Both the position numbers and the translations under genes were made by a program. A stretch of 64,000 bases of DNA, from contig MU054391.1 in NCBI GenBank assembly GCA_013239625.1, positions 6,779,824 through 6,843,823 on the forward strand, read 5' to 3'. The stretch comes from Lama guanicoe. Lineage: Eukaryota. How positions within the stretch are numbered: the stretch's first letter is position 1; each line of letters starts with the position of its first letter. The notes below the pieces were generated by a model. The model was not told where the DNA came from. It saw only the letters and a program-made list of their open reading frames with translations, and did not search any database. Below, one piece after another: positions 42,385 to 56,190 of the stretch.

Positions 42385-45160
42385 CCTTCAAGATGGAATA
42401 AGAGGGAATGGATTTAACCACCTGCCCCACCTCCCAACTTAAACAACTTAACAACCAGAAAAAACAGTGAAAAAACAATTTTCAAGACTGGATAAAAATG
42501 AAGGACAATGATCCCTGAGAGGGAAGAAATAAACTGAGCCCTAAGATGGTTGGAGTTTACCACCTAGAGGTCGTTTCCAGGCGCTCAATCCTGGAAAGAG
42601 AACAGAGGCTGAGTCTAGCAGTCACCATGGATTGAAATGAGAGCCAGAACCCAGGGAGACCAAGGCAGCCTAAAGGGCAGAGTACCAGAGACAAGAGAGA
42701 TGACAGAGGGTAAAAACAGGTCCCACCATACTACCACCTTACTAGCCAGAGTGTAAAACCCTGTAATTCATGGGGCTTAGCATAGGTTACTCAGTAGCAT
42801 GGAAAAATTAGCCCTAGACTAACCACTGTTCTTTACCTGCACAACAAAGCAAGACACAAAAGAATCAAACTGTTTTCAAGAAATACAAAAACATCCTAGA
42901 ACAAGTTGAAGACCGTTTATAATAACACAGGAATATATAGCACGCAAAAAGGTAAAATCAGTAATGTCTGACAAACAATGAAACGTTACCGTGAAACCAA
43001 GTAGCAGGAAAATTCAACACATAATAAGTAGAAAAAAGTCGACTGCTTAACTAAACTTACTCCAGTCACTTCACAGTATATGTAGGTCAAACCATTATGC
43101 TGTACACCTTAAACTTATACAGTGATATATGTCAATTATATCAATAAAACTCAAAAAAAATTAAAATTCATTGGGAAATGACACAGGTGATATAAGTAAC
43201 AAACAAGAGAATTAAATAGTTATGATAGTCGTATTCATTATATTAAAAAAGCTACAGAATATAAAAAAGAAATGAAGTACTGATAGACACTACACCATGA
43301 ATGAACCCTGAAAACATTATAAGTGAAATAAGCCATATATCCAAAAAAAAACAAATACTATATGATTCCACTTATATGAGGTATCTATCTAGAATGGGTA
43401 GATCCATGGAGATAGATAATATAATAGAGGTTACCAGGGGCTGGTGGTAAGAAGGGATGGGGAGCTACTATTGCCTAATGGTTACAGGTTTCTGTTTCAG
43501 GTGACAGAAATGTTTTGGAAACAGATTGTGGTGATAGTTGCACAATTCTATGAATGTATTTAGTGACACTGAATTGTACACTTGAAAATGGTTAGAATGG
43601 TACACTTCATGTTATATATATATTACCACAATAAACAAAAAAAAAGGTTCAGGAGACACTGAAAATATTAAGTAGAGACATGTAATATATAAAAAGGGCA
43701 CAAATCAAAAATCTAGAGATTAAAAAATACCGTGCATGAGATGAAAAGTACATTAAACAGAACTAACAGGAGCCTCAAAATTGCAGAAGACAAGAGAACC
43801 TGAGGACATTGCAATAGAAATTATCCAAAATGGAACACAGAAAGGAAAAAAACAAAAACAGAGAGAGACTATCAGTAAATTGTGTGTCAACACGAAGCAA
43901 CCTTACTATACACATAATCAGAATCACCAGTGAAAAGGGAGAGGAATGAAAAAAAATACATGATAAAATAAAGGTCTCCACATTTGATGAAAACCAAAAA
44001 CTGTACATATCAAGAAGCTCAGCCAAAGACAAAAACAAGAAACAAAGAAAACTACAACAAAGCATATCATAATCAAATTGACTAAAACTCTTTTCAGAAG
44101 GAAAAAAAAAATCCAGCACATTATGAACAGAGGAATAATGTAAGTCAAAAGAGAGCAGCACATTTCTAAAGTACCAAAAACAAAAACCGAAAAACCCCCA
44201 GAAAAAAAAAATCTATCAACTTAGAATACTATATACAATAAAAATATCTTTCAAAAATAAAGATGTCACCAAATAAAAATGAAAATACAATGTATCAAAA
44301 TTAATGGATGGCAGCAAAAGCAGCATTTGAAGAGAAATTTATACCAATAAATGCAAATTTAGGTAAAGAAAACAGCTAAATTCAATAACTTAAGCTTCCA
44401 GAGAAAAACTAGAGAACAATTTAAGCCTACAAGCAGAAAATTAGAGAAGAACTTTACATTCATTAGGATGGCTACTATCAAAAAAAAAAAAAAACCCACA
44501 AAACAGCAAGTGTTGGCAAGGATATGGAGAAACTGGAACCCTTGTTCACTATTGGTGGGAGTGTAAAGTGGTGCAGCCACTATGGAAAACAGTACAGTGG
44601 TTTCTCAAAATATTGAAAATAGAATCATTACATGATCCAGCAATTCTACTTGTGGGTATATACTGAAAAGAACTGAAAGCAAGGTCTCCAAGAGATATCT
44701 GTACACTCCTGCTCATAGCAGCATTATTCACAAGAGTAACACAAGTGTACATCTACAAATAAACAAAATGTGGTATATCCATACAATGGAATATTATTCA
44801 GCTTTGAAAAAGATACAAATTCTAGCATATGTTACAGCATTAATGAACTTTGAGGGCATTATGCTAAGTGAAATAAACCAAGCACAGAAAGTACAACTCT
44901 ACTTATATAAGGTACCTAGAGTACTCAAATTCATAGAGACAGAAAGTAGAAGGGTGGCTGCCAGTGGCTAGGGGGAGGAGGAAATGGGGAGTTGTTTTTT
45001 AATGGGTACAGAGATTCAGTTTTGCAAGACGGAAAATATCTCTGGATCTTGGTTGCAAAGCAACACAAATGTGCTTAACACTACTGAACTGCATACTCAG
45101 AAATGGTTAAGATGGTAAATTGGATGTTATGTGTTTTTTACCACAATAATCAATTAATAA
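42385..45160 (+). mobile_element. Stack of nested L1 fragments: old 5' UTR/ORF1, 3' ends at about 43050-43160 and 43270-43645, and L1MB-type ORF2 end plus 3' UTR at 44455-45150
   Basis: ORF 44768..44971 MWYIHTMEYYSALKK...IMLSEINQ is the L1 ORF2 C-terminus; three separate AATAA(A) termini. Confidence 0.8.
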
Positions 45161-46039
45161 ACAAACTAACATGGAATTTGTTGAAGGCTTACAACATATC
45201 TGTCACTAAGTGCTTCTGGTTACTTCATTTAAACTTAACAACTTTATAAAAGAGGTGTTATCATTATCCCCCATTTTACTGAGAGGAAACCGGTAAGTTC
45301 AAAGACTAAGTAACACATAAGATGATACAGTAAAGAAAAGAAATAAACCCAAATAAGACTCCAGAACCTGAGTCCTTAAATACTATGTTATGTTGCTTTT
45401 GATAAATAGCTATTACTTTTATGAAGGAAGCATTATCAAAAGAAATGTTCATAATAAATATAGGGGGAAGAGTTCCTGGTTAAAGTAGTCTATGTGTTTT
45501 GATGATACAGGATAATACTTTTAAAATTCCATATACAATGGAACAATTCCAATGTTAAGTATTTCACTATATGTTGGCTGTTATACAATACCTCTATAAT
45601 ACATATCACCAATATTTTTTAGTCATCCCTATAAAGGGGCACTCTTTTTGGTGGCCCTATAAAATTTTACATGCACATACATACACAAGGGTATGACCAG
45701 GGTCTTTGATTTGTTTTAATCCAATGTCACTGTTTTTCAATAATTTTCAATAACCTTATCTTCAAAAATTTTAATTGTCTAAATAATTACACAGTACCGA
45801 TTCTATTTATATGCAAAATAGTTACACATTTGTTCTCAATGACAGTTTTATGCAAATGTCTTAACACAATATAAGGAAAATGACATAGGTTAAAAAAAAT
45901 CCACTCAAAAAAGGCTAAAACGTGTATTTTAATTTTTAAAAAAAGCTGCTATTTTGGCTTTTTAAATTTTCCTTACTAAAATCACATTTTATCTTAGAAG
46001 AAAAGACTTTAATCAAAACTTATTAGAAAGGAAGCTTGT

Positions 46040-46270
46040 GGCCTAGATAAAGTGCTTAATGTGGAACCATATTGCAGAATCCCAGCTTCCCTCCTTATAA
46101 GCAGTTTGACCTTGGAGAAGTTATTTAACACCTCCTCCCTTCAGTTTCCTTATCAGTAAGATCTAGAAAATAACAGTATGTATTTCACAGGGCTGCAGGG
46201 AGGACCAAATGAGTCAATATATATAAAACTGCCAGAGATAATATATCTGTAAATGTTTGCTGCCATTATC
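46040..46270 (+). mobile_element. MIR SINE
   Basis: TGACCTTGGAGAAGTTATTTAAC...TTCAGTTTCCTTATCAGTAAG. Confidence 0.75.
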
Positions 46271-47619
46271 ATCTTTCAACCTGCAAATCAATCCTTCCTC
46301 CTTCATAATGCTTTTCTATTATTTCCAAAGTCCGGAGACTGCTACCTTTTCTTAATTCATGGTGTTCACCACTGGCTACTCAAATAGCAAGTAAGGAACT
46401 ATTTCATATTATTACATTTACTCCTCTTCAATTCATCATTTAACTTTCTGTCGACAATAGCTTTACCTTCCCAAATAAACTATAACTTCTTAGGAAGTAT
46501 CCAGACTATGTCTCAAATATTATCTTATATGTGGTAGAAAATTAATATTTGGGGAAGCTATGTAAAGGGTATGTGAAATTCAGTGTAGTATTTTGGCAAC
46601 TTTTTTCTATATCGAGTTATTTCAAAATGAAAAGTTACATACATGTAAAAAAATCATTACATAGAATGAGCAATAAAAATAATGGCCAAAAAATATTTTA
46701 AAAATTAAAAAAAAATCTTTTAAATTGTTAATTTTATCATTATAGTATAGCACAGTTGTGAAGCGCTCCTTTCCCCTTCCCTGAGTTACACATTCCATTT
46801 CCTCCCTCACTTAGTCAAACGGTCAGTGAAAAATACCTATCCACACTAATACTAGCAGGTTGTAATTTCTTAATCGTTATAACCTCAGCCTCTTCATAAT
46901 TTTGCTATACAAACTAAATAAAAGATAGAAGCTTCCATCACCTCCTTTATTTTAAAAGACATCATTACCATTTTCGTTTGTACCCCAGCCAAATTAGCAA
47001 GATGATTTAAGGACATCTCAATTTAAATATACCATTTAGCTACTCTCCTGTCTGACAGCAAACCAAAGAAAGAGTAACAGAAGTTCTCCTTATAGTAATC
47101 CTTTGCAAAAATGTGGGAGATAGTGCTACTCAGCACCAGCAATGAAAAAAAGGTCAATGCCAACAAGAGAAAACTAGATAGATCAAAGTTCAGAATTTAG
47201 GTCAAAGCTTCATGATCTTAAGAATTATTGATCTGCAGAATTCCACACATATCCATTTCAAGTATTCCACAAAAATCCTTAAAACACTTAAAAATAAAAA
47301 GCGATCATCAAATAATTTACTATTCTTGAACTGTTTATCACATTGCAGCCTCTAGTAAGCGTAGATCATACAGAGTTAAATGCTCTCTCCACTTACAGAC
47401 AACGAAACAAAACAAAACAAAACAAAACTCACTACTCTCTTTTGGAAACGATCAACTTGAACCTAAGGGGACTTGGGGTAAAAAAGTTAACAACCACTGA
47501 TTTAAAAAATATTCTGAAATTTGAAATCCTTTTAATGTTAAAACATTTAATACTATTTTTCTAAGATATCCATCCAGCTTATCTAAAAATAGAAGCTACC
47601 AACTCCTTATGCAGAGCTT

Positions 47620-47830
47620 GAAGTTTTACTTAAGGACACTATCTTAGAACTCTAAAGACATAAGATTCTTTTCCAGTTCTGACATTTATTAGCTGCATTT
47701 CTTTGAACAAATTAGTTAAACCTCTCCAAACCTCAGTTTCCTCCTCATTCAGGATAATATGAATAACATCTGCCCTACATATTTTACAGATTGTTATATC
47801 AAATGAGACATCATACAAAAGTGCTCAGTA
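47620..47830 (+). mobile_element. MIR SINE
   Basis: TTAGTTAAACCTCTCCAAACCTCAGTTTCCTC...AAATGAGACATCATACAAAAGTGCT. Confidence 0.7.
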
Positions 47831-48679
47831 AGATATTAAATCTAAAAACTACTAAATCTTTTAGCTACAGAGTAAGTAAAACTTTTACTGAAAGAATTTG
47901 TGAGATTATACTAACAGATAACATGCCACTCAGAATTTTTCACTTTAATGACTTTAATATAGATAACAGATTTTTCATTGTTTTTCATTATATTTGCAAA
48001 AAGTGGGCAACTAACAGTTCTACCTAGAGGAATTATAATTTTAGAAATATTTAACTATATTTGAATTTATAAGTATTTCTACAGACGTTTTTAAAGAATA
48101 TGTCATTTTGAAGCTACTGGAAAAATGAAACAGAACTCTAACAAATTACTGAAGCACTTCAATACAGTGGCTGGCACACAGTTAAGAATACATGTCTTGC
48201 TAAAATTATTACTACTATGATTATCATTATCATTATTATTGACAATAACTTTAATGCTACATGATTTTTAAAAGCCTCACTCAATATGCTGTTTCAAGTA
48301 CTTATTAAGAACACATTTATCTATTTTCTATAGTTTAAAGAAATTTTTATGTCCAGCATTTATACTATCATTTTCCATTAGCCACATTTAATACACACTT
48401 CTCACAACAGAAATGCTCACAAGAAGCATGAGTTCACCTGGAACACTTCTCTAAGGAATTACTCTTCTGAGTTCTATAAACCATTACAGACTGTCCATTA
48501 TAATTAAATACGTAACTAGGTCACTTTCTAAAAAATATCACTGTAAATACAAATTTGTCTTCTCCTTTCAGAATCTGAGTTCAAACCAAATGAAGCACAA
48601 TGAGGCAGAAGTATTTCCACATACTGCATATCAGTGATATTTGAGGAGTTAACATTTTTATTCTAAGCAAAGGGATCTG

Positions 48680-50700
48680 CACATTAAATAAACCTTGGAG
48701 ATAGGAAGAAAGCAGTTTCAAATGAAGCTATTTAATATGGGCAGAATTTGAGAATAAGGGAAGGAGTGACAAGAGATAGGGATGGAGAGGTTAGCAGAAG
48801 TCACGTCATTAACAGCCCTGTGAGAAATAATTAGCATTTTGAAGTTTACCCTGAATGAATGGGAAATTAGTCATTTAAGTACTTTAAGTTTGGGAATAAC
48901 ATGATTAGATTTGCATCTTATAATCAGTTTGGCTGGAGAGTAAAAAAAGAAGGCTGGAAACACTAGAGGAAAGAACACCAGGGGAGAGAATATTGTAACA
49001 ATCTAGAAAAAAAATAGTCACTTGTAGGAAAGTAGCAGCAGGATGGGGCAGAAATGAATCATTTTTAGGAGATAACACTGACAGGATCTGGTGACTGACT
49101 AAACATGAGATCAAGAATGCAGAATCCTAGATGTCTGGCTTGATCCAAGCTAGGACAGTGGAAACAACACTGAGTCTAAGATCACAAGATACGAAGATAT
49201 GAGAGCAAAGGGGGAAAAAGAACACAGCTGGCAGATATGTTGATCTTGAAGTGACTATGGTATATCCAAGTGGAGATGCCTAGTAGGTGGCTGGATGCGT
49301 AAGCCTGAAGCTCAGAGGCAAGTTTTCATAGGGAAAAATGGAAATCATCAATATACAAGTGATAAAGTAGGTCCTGGAAACAGATACAAACTTAAGAAGA
49401 AGGCAAAGAATGCATTAAAAAGAGGGAAGGGGTTCCCATTTAGAGAGGAAGAAGAGGCAGCAAAGGAGTCTGGGAAGAAATAACTAGAAATGCTCTGAGT
49501 ACTGTCACAGAAGCCAAGAGAAGACAGCAATGTGAGAAATGCTAAGTACTTCTCAACATTGAATAAAATGATAGTTTTAGCAGCAAGAAAGTCAGCATGA
49601 CCTTGAAGTGAGCAGTGTTAGCTAAGTGATGGGAGAGGAGAAATTATAGTGTATTTGTGAACAGAAAAGAAGTCTGGGGCTGTTTTGACAGGAAGGGAAG
49701 GTGGCAAATGGCAGAATTGAGATTTCCTTCTAGGAGTAATTTGGTGACTTGCTTTGTTTTAGGTAAGGTATTTGAACAAGTTTAGCAAGATGAAAAAGAA
49801 TCAGAATTAAGAGAAAGATTAAAAAACAAAGAAGGCTAATCAGCTGTAAGGAGAGAATGAGATCCAAAGCACAGCTGGAGAATCAGGCTGAGACAGAATG
49901 CTGGACATCTCATGCACTGAAACAGAAGGAAAAGGAAGAACAAATGGTAGAGGAGATAAACTGGTGAGTCAAGTAACAGGAAATTTAAGGGATCTCCTTT
50001 TGATGGCTTCTATTTTCTCATGAAGTAGGAAGACCATCTGTGGAGAATACTTTGTTTCTTAAGTTTAAAGAAAAAAGGTTTAAAATAGCCTCTATGGAGA
50101 ATGAGAGAACTGTTCTGTAGCCCTGACAGCTCCTGCAGAGACGGGAGCCCATGAATTTGCAGTACCACTAACTGGGGCAGTTTGATTTTTCTTCATCAGT
50201 GCTCAATAAACACCTCTGTGTAGGCCACAGAGACAAAATAACCCAGAATCTAGGTTTTGCCAGTTGCATATGATAGAAATTCAACAGAACAAGGAAATCA
50301 AAAATTCTAGCAAGAGTTTTGAAGTGATGGACAATGGATTATTGCCTGCTTATAAAGGAAGCATTTGGTGGACAGAGGTGTTAAGGAACTGCAGATCTCA
50401 AGAATATCAATAAATGGGTTTAGTAAAAGGATAAAGGCTTAGTGTCAGGAACAGGATGTTTAAATTAATGATCTCAAAGGTGAAGGTGATTTCAGTAATG
50501 GTGAGGTCCAGAAGAGCTTCATGGGATTAAGTAAATGAATTAAGTGAAGACACAGACCACTAGAGATAAGGAAACTCTGTGAAGCGAGCGTCCCAAGGAC
50601 TCTGTTCCCATAAATACCGAATTCACCTGAAAGGGGGGTACAGCCTTGCAGGGAAAGAAAGACTATAAGCCAGAAGCCTGTCTTCAATGATCAAGAGAAG
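48680..50700 (-). mobile_element. Long diverged L2 remnant
   Basis: Purine-rich L2 antisense motifs: ATGATTAGATTTGCAT, ATATCCAAGTGGAGATGCCTAGTAGG, TGTCACAGAAGCCAAGAGAAG, TGATGGCTTCTATTTTCTC. Confidence 0.7.
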
Positions 50701-52955
50701 GTATATGCGACAACTACACAAGATTCAACAATAGGAATTTTACCAAGGTCTTATAGGCACTGCAGTGCAACAAAGGAAACCTCCTCCCACCTATTCCTAC
50801 ATTAAGATACGTAAAGTAAAAGAATGCGCAAATTCCAGAAAAGAGGGCTTTCCCTCCAGAGAAAGATAGATGTTAATTAAACAAATATAAAAGTAACATT
50901 CAATAAAGAATTTGAAGATGCAAGTGATTATGTTAATCTACAAAGGAACAGGGTGCACTACAGATTCTGACTGAACCACCTCCAAAACAAATGGAAAAAG
51001 CAAATACAGATATGGTATAGTTGTGTTTTGGTTTAAAAAAAAAACAAGTATTTATGGTTTTTTCTATGTGCCAGGAAAAAAAGGAAAATGATACACCAAT
51101 ACATTGTTATATACACAGAAAAAGGGAAAGTGATATACCAATGTGTTATAAAGTAGTTATCTCAGAAGAGTAGGATCAAAGAGAGCGCTAAGAGAACTTA
51201 CGTTTCCTTCTGTAATTTTTAATTTTTAGATAGACATTACCTTTATAATTTAAAAAAATGAAGTTTGTTTTTTGTTTTTTGTTTTGCAGGTTGACAAAGC
51301 AGAGGAGGAGAGGGAGCATTCCGGGTAGAGGCAAAAGCTAAGAGTATAAAAGAACATGCTGTATTCACTTATCAGTGAAAGAATGACTGGTCCTGCTCAT
51401 TCTCTTCCTTTTCACATCTCTGAAGATAAGGCTCTGTCCCCCAAAGCCAATCATCTGTGAGCCATAAACCCCACCAAGACTCTGCCCTGCTATTAGGAAG
51501 ACAGAGATATAGGCACCTAAGCATAGAGATGAAACACAAGATAGAAAACAGTCTATGCTAAAGTCTCTTGACTGAAGTTTTTCAGTGAAAAACCAATAAA
51601 ATGTTCAAAAATTAAATAAAAATAGACAATTTATTTTCTAATTCATAAATGCCACAACAAGGAAAGTGTATCATGTATCACCATAACAGCGGCTACCATC
51701 AGGACTCTCCTCATACTTATTTTAAATTATGCCTGAATACCAACCCGTTGTCCTAGCCTGTAGAAACACAAATCCTAATTTCATGAGGTTGTTAAACGGT
51801 GGACTTATGCAAGTTACCAGATCCTAAACCCCAAAATCAGCTTTGAAATTACATGACCCAAGAAAATCAGTTACTGATTATAGTAGCCATCAATGCAGAA
51901 TGACCACATCATATACTATTATGCTACATGTACATATTTCTCTACATGATAAAATTATAATCACCCTGATGTGCCAAAAGACCAGAATCTGTATCAGAGG
52001 TAATACAGCATAACATCTGAAGTTTGCATTTCCAAACTATTCTTCATAGTTGTTCCTAAACTTACCCTTGCTAGTAAATGTAAGCTAAAAGTTGCTAAAT
52101 TCAAGACATAGATAAAAACTGTTGGTACAACCCAAATGCTCCTTTAAACCTTATACAAAGCCTAACTAATATTTTTGCAAGTGTATAATGCAGATTTAAC
52201 AGTTCTGTCATGACTTTTCCTCACAGTTATGTCAGGATTTCTGAAATTTTACATTACATAAGAACCCTAGACTGTTTTGGTAGTTCAGTATCCTACCCAC
52301 CGAAAAAGAATAAATATCAGCTGGGGAAAAGTTTATTTGCAGTGCAATAAAATAATCCAAAAACTGAATATAAGCAAATATTAACCCAATGCAACTAATT
52401 AACCTCAGTAAATTAAAAAATAAAAATGCCCAAAAAAATAAAATAAAATAAAAATGCCAACTAGTTTTCATTCATTGATTCAATATTTTAGAGAACCAAG
52501 TATGTGCAAAGTAATGTGCTACCTTTTTGGGAAAAAAACAGGCTAACATCAGGAGACTGATCCTGTATGCAAATTTCTTTTGGAAGACAGAGACATACAC
52601 AACATAGGCTGTTTTACCGTTAGTTCTTCAACTGCTTATAAAAAAGCTAAAGTTCTGTATAGTTTATAGAACACTAGCACATATAGGTAGTTTCTCACTG
52701 AATTTAATCTTATATCCCTTTGAAGTAGACAGATAGTCTTGTAAATTATCACTCAAGATCAAGAAGATAATTAATAAAACATCTAATTAATTAATACCAG
52801 GCTTCTGACTCTAAATCCAGTAATCTTTCCATTACACTTCTCTGCTTCTCTTGAAAATAATCAAGCCATCTCATTTTTTCCATCTTAATTATTTTAGACA
52901 AAAAAAAATCCTAAGAAAAAAATTAATTTGTATTTTCATATATTAATATAGGTTA

Positions 52956-53163
52956 GATAAACAAAGCCTAGAAAATTCAGCACCACCAAACCAGCTTTAC
53001 AACAAATGTTAAAGGAATTTCTCCAGGTAAAAAAAGAAAAGGGCCACAACTAGAAACAAGAAAAGTAATCATGAAGGAGAAGGGTACAAATGCAGGGTAT
53101 CTAAAATGCATTTGAAATGAAGAGATCAGCAACTTAAAACAATCATGCATATATACAGACTTC
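52956..53163 (+). mobile_element. Internal L1 fragment (ORF1 end and inter-ORF spacer)
   Basis: AATTCAGCACCACCAAACCAGCTTTACAACAAATGTTAAAGGAATTTCTC (FSTTKPALQQMLKEFL); flanking 11/12 direct repeat. Confidence 0.75.
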
Positions 53164-54274
53164 TAATACAGGTTAAACAGGATCCCTTTTATGGCTTATT
53201 TTAATAGAATTCAACTCTAGAAAATGATTTGAAATAAGCAGGCCATCATTCAGGTTTTTAAAAACTTTTATTTCACAGATTTGTTGTAACTTGAACCAAA
53301 CTGAAAAATTCTGTTTATAGTAAGTAAGGAAAAAAAACACAGTAAAACACTATGCCAGGAACTTACATTCTCCATATCACCTTGAAAGACAAAAGTTCCT
53401 TATGCTAAAACTTATAACCGTCCCTCTATCTACAGCTCCGCCCACCAAAAAAATCAGCTAATTAACTTCTTAAAAGTTTATTCAGTGTTTTACTTCATGA
53501 CTTCCCTCTGAAGGAAATTTCATAAGCCAATTTTGTACTAGAGTTTCCTTTTATTAGTTCTAAATTTAGTTTTATTTGTATCATCCCTTGTTCTCCTGTT
53601 ATGGAAATGTCTTAAATGTGGAAAACAAATCTGTTTTCAGTAATGCCATCAAAAGTTGTAATTTTACAGCCTCTCTTTTATACAAAAATATGCATGCAGC
53701 AGAAATTGCTTTTCAGAACTACCAGCAAAATCCTTTAGCTGAGTTTTCTCATTCTTTTATAATGTAATATCTTGCTTTTATGACTAAATTTTTCACTAGC
53801 CTGAATATAACATTAACAAAACACATTCATACTCTAATTTTAAATTTTGCAATAATGAATTGTACATTCCACTTAAGCTAGTCAGAAATAATGCCTTAGA
53901 ATTCTTTTTAGCATGGATATAGCATAAGGAATCATGAAGCCTCAAATTAAATTGCATTTTGTCAAACATTTACAAACACTGGAGCATCTTGTGCAATACT
54001 GAGGCATTATGGAATAGGGATTCTAATCACACACACACAAAAACAAAAAATCACAATTGCTATTCCTCTGAAAGCTGTAAGTATTATCACAAGAATCAAT
54101 AGAAGCAAATTTTAATTTTCAAATTTCTTAAATATGCACACATTCCTTAACCACCAAAATTAAAATGGCCAAAGAGCAGGAGATCTGATATACAAATTTT
54201 AGTGAATCAAAAATATGGACATCTTATCCACTGTCCATGAATCATCTGGTTTTCTCTATTCAAAAAGGATGTGA

Positions 54275-54450
54275 GGCGGGGAGGGTATAGCTCAAGTGGT
54301 AGAGCGCTTGCTTAGCATGCATGAGGTCCTGGGTTCAAGCCCCAGTACCTCCTCTAAAAATAAATAAACCTAGTTACCTCCCCCCACCAAAATAAAAAAA
54401 TAATAATAATTAAATAATAAATAAAACAGAAAGCTATTAAAAAAAAGTAT
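54275..54450 (+). mobile_element. Full-length tRNA-Ala-derived SINE (Vic-1-like) with 16-bp TSD
   Basis: A box TAGCTCAAGTGG, B box GGTTCAAGCC, AT-rich tail; exact TSD TTCAAAAAGGATGTGA at 54259-54274 and 54451-54466. Confidence 0.9.
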
Positions 54451-55230
54451 TTCAAAAAGGATGTGAAAAGAAATAATTGCAAAGAATGTGTATTTTTAAA
54501 AAATCTAGACAGTAACATGTTAATAAGATGACTATCAATGTAGCCAATAACTTGAAGGCTGCTTTGAAAGTAAAATCTCAAAATAGTTTAATAAAAGGAT
54601 TTTAAATATTTTACAATATTTTTTGCTTGCTTGTAAAGAGACCACAAAATAATTCTTTAATGTCTTTATTTATTTATTTATTTTTAACACAGATAAAATC
54701 ACAAACACCATCCTGCTTTAGCTGCTATTCTCTGAAGGGCCATATATTTCTAATGAAATGTTTCTTCCTGAATTAAACCAACTGTCAGTAACTGAAAAAC
54801 TCACTATTCTCCCATTGTAAATTGTTAAATGCGAAATGTCAAAATTATATATTTCTAGGACAGTAAGTCTCTGTAGACTATATTTCCCACAGAAGTGTAA
54901 GATGCAATAAAAAACTTCTACATTGCAATTTTATATTATGTATCCTGTATCACAATTTTTTTTCATTTCTATTTGGTGTATCTTGTCTGATTCTCTCATC
55001 AGAAAAGCTCAGCAAACTAAATTTTATTCTAAAATAAGAAAAAGAACAGCCTTGGTCTAATTCCTATGGAGCGTTAAAAAAAGATAAAAAATGTGATGAC
55101 TCTTGCTATTTCAGAAAATCTGGCATCTCTCCATATGCCAGACTTTTCCACATATACAATTCTGGGTGCCAAAGATCTCAATTATTTATTTTTGGTTTTT
55201 CCAATTAGTCAGTGTAAGAAACAACACCTA

Positions 55231-55365
55231 CAGTGTTTCTCAAACTTCAACCTGCAGATTGACCTGAAGTGCTTATTTAAATGCAAATTTATGGCTCCAC
55301 TACAGACCATCTGAATCAGAAGATCTGACACCATTTCCACCAAGCACCCCAGATGTGATTCTGGC
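55231..55365. mobile_element. MER5-family hAT MITE
   Basis: CAGTGTTTCTCAAACTT...CTGAATCAGAA...CAAGCACCCCAGATGTGATTCTG. Confidence 0.65.
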
Positions 55366-55514
55366 TTCCATCAGATAATCTAACTTGCTGGCTTCATCTG
55401 AGCCCCTGCAAACCACAAAAATAAAGGAAGGGGGAAAATTATCCTTTTCTCAGATACATTTTGGACTCAACGGTCCCTCTGCCAATCTTGAATTACAATA
55501 TTGCACCTCTCAGC

Positions 55515-55691
55515 TCTGGTTCCCACACCTTCCTGCACTTGAGAATCAGCTGCAGAATGTCTAAAACTCCTGATTTCCCAGGTCACACCCCATACCAATT
55601 ATATTAGAATGTCTGAGAGTGGAATCCAGCCATCGATATTTCTAAAAATCTCCAGTTGAGCCCTATGTACAGCAAGGTTTGGAAATCACTG
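55515..55691. mobile_element. MER5A1-like hAT MITE
   Basis: CACACCCCATACCAATTATATTAGAATGTCTG...CAAGGTTTGGAAATCACTG. Confidence 0.7.
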
Positions 55692-56089
55692 CCTTAACTA
55701 TTGACTTCAGCAGATACAGATTAGAAAAATCTTAACTCAAATGACCTCTGAGAGGCAAAACCTAAGTTATACTCGTATTACGTTTTTAAATTTCCAGATA
55801 TATATATTCTTTTCCTTTTTATTTTAATCCAGTAGAGAAATTTTTTCAGTGCATTTACTATATTAAAGCTTAAGGTTACCTTTTTCAAAGAACATAACAC
55901 ACACACAAAAATTGTTTCATGTTGAATGCAACCTATATGGGATCATAACATGTATCTAAAATTCAGGGAAAAAATTCATCATTTCACTTGCACATTAATT
56001 TCAGTCATTATATTTTGGGAAATATAATAGTGGAGAAGCCAATACAAAAGTTCAGACTTCATGTATTAGATATTTAAAAACAACTTCAA

Positions 56090-56190
56090 GGGGGTGGGGA
56101 GTACATCTCAGTAGTAGAGCACATGTTTGGCGTGCACAGGTCTTGGGTTCACTCTCCAGTGCCTCCATTAAGGGGAAAGGAAGGGGAAAA
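56090..56190 (+). mobile_element. Diverged tRNA-derived SINE (Vic-1-like)
   Basis: GGGGAGTACATCTCAGTAGTAGAGCACATG...GGGTTCACTCTCCAGTGCCTCCA; degenerate flanking repeat. Confidence 0.75.

Noticed and set aside
43775..44163. Hydrophobic minus-strand ORFs resembling membrane proteins (also 165..356, 20304..20648, 54354..54581)
   Set aside because: Antisense reading of A-rich L1/SINE or low-complexity sequence yields Phe/Leu-rich peptides artefactually
54278..54353. Functional tRNA-Ala gene (also 3164-3240 and 56090-56168)
   Set aside because: Imperfect acceptor stem, A-rich tail and TSD, and multiple diverged copies indicate a SINE
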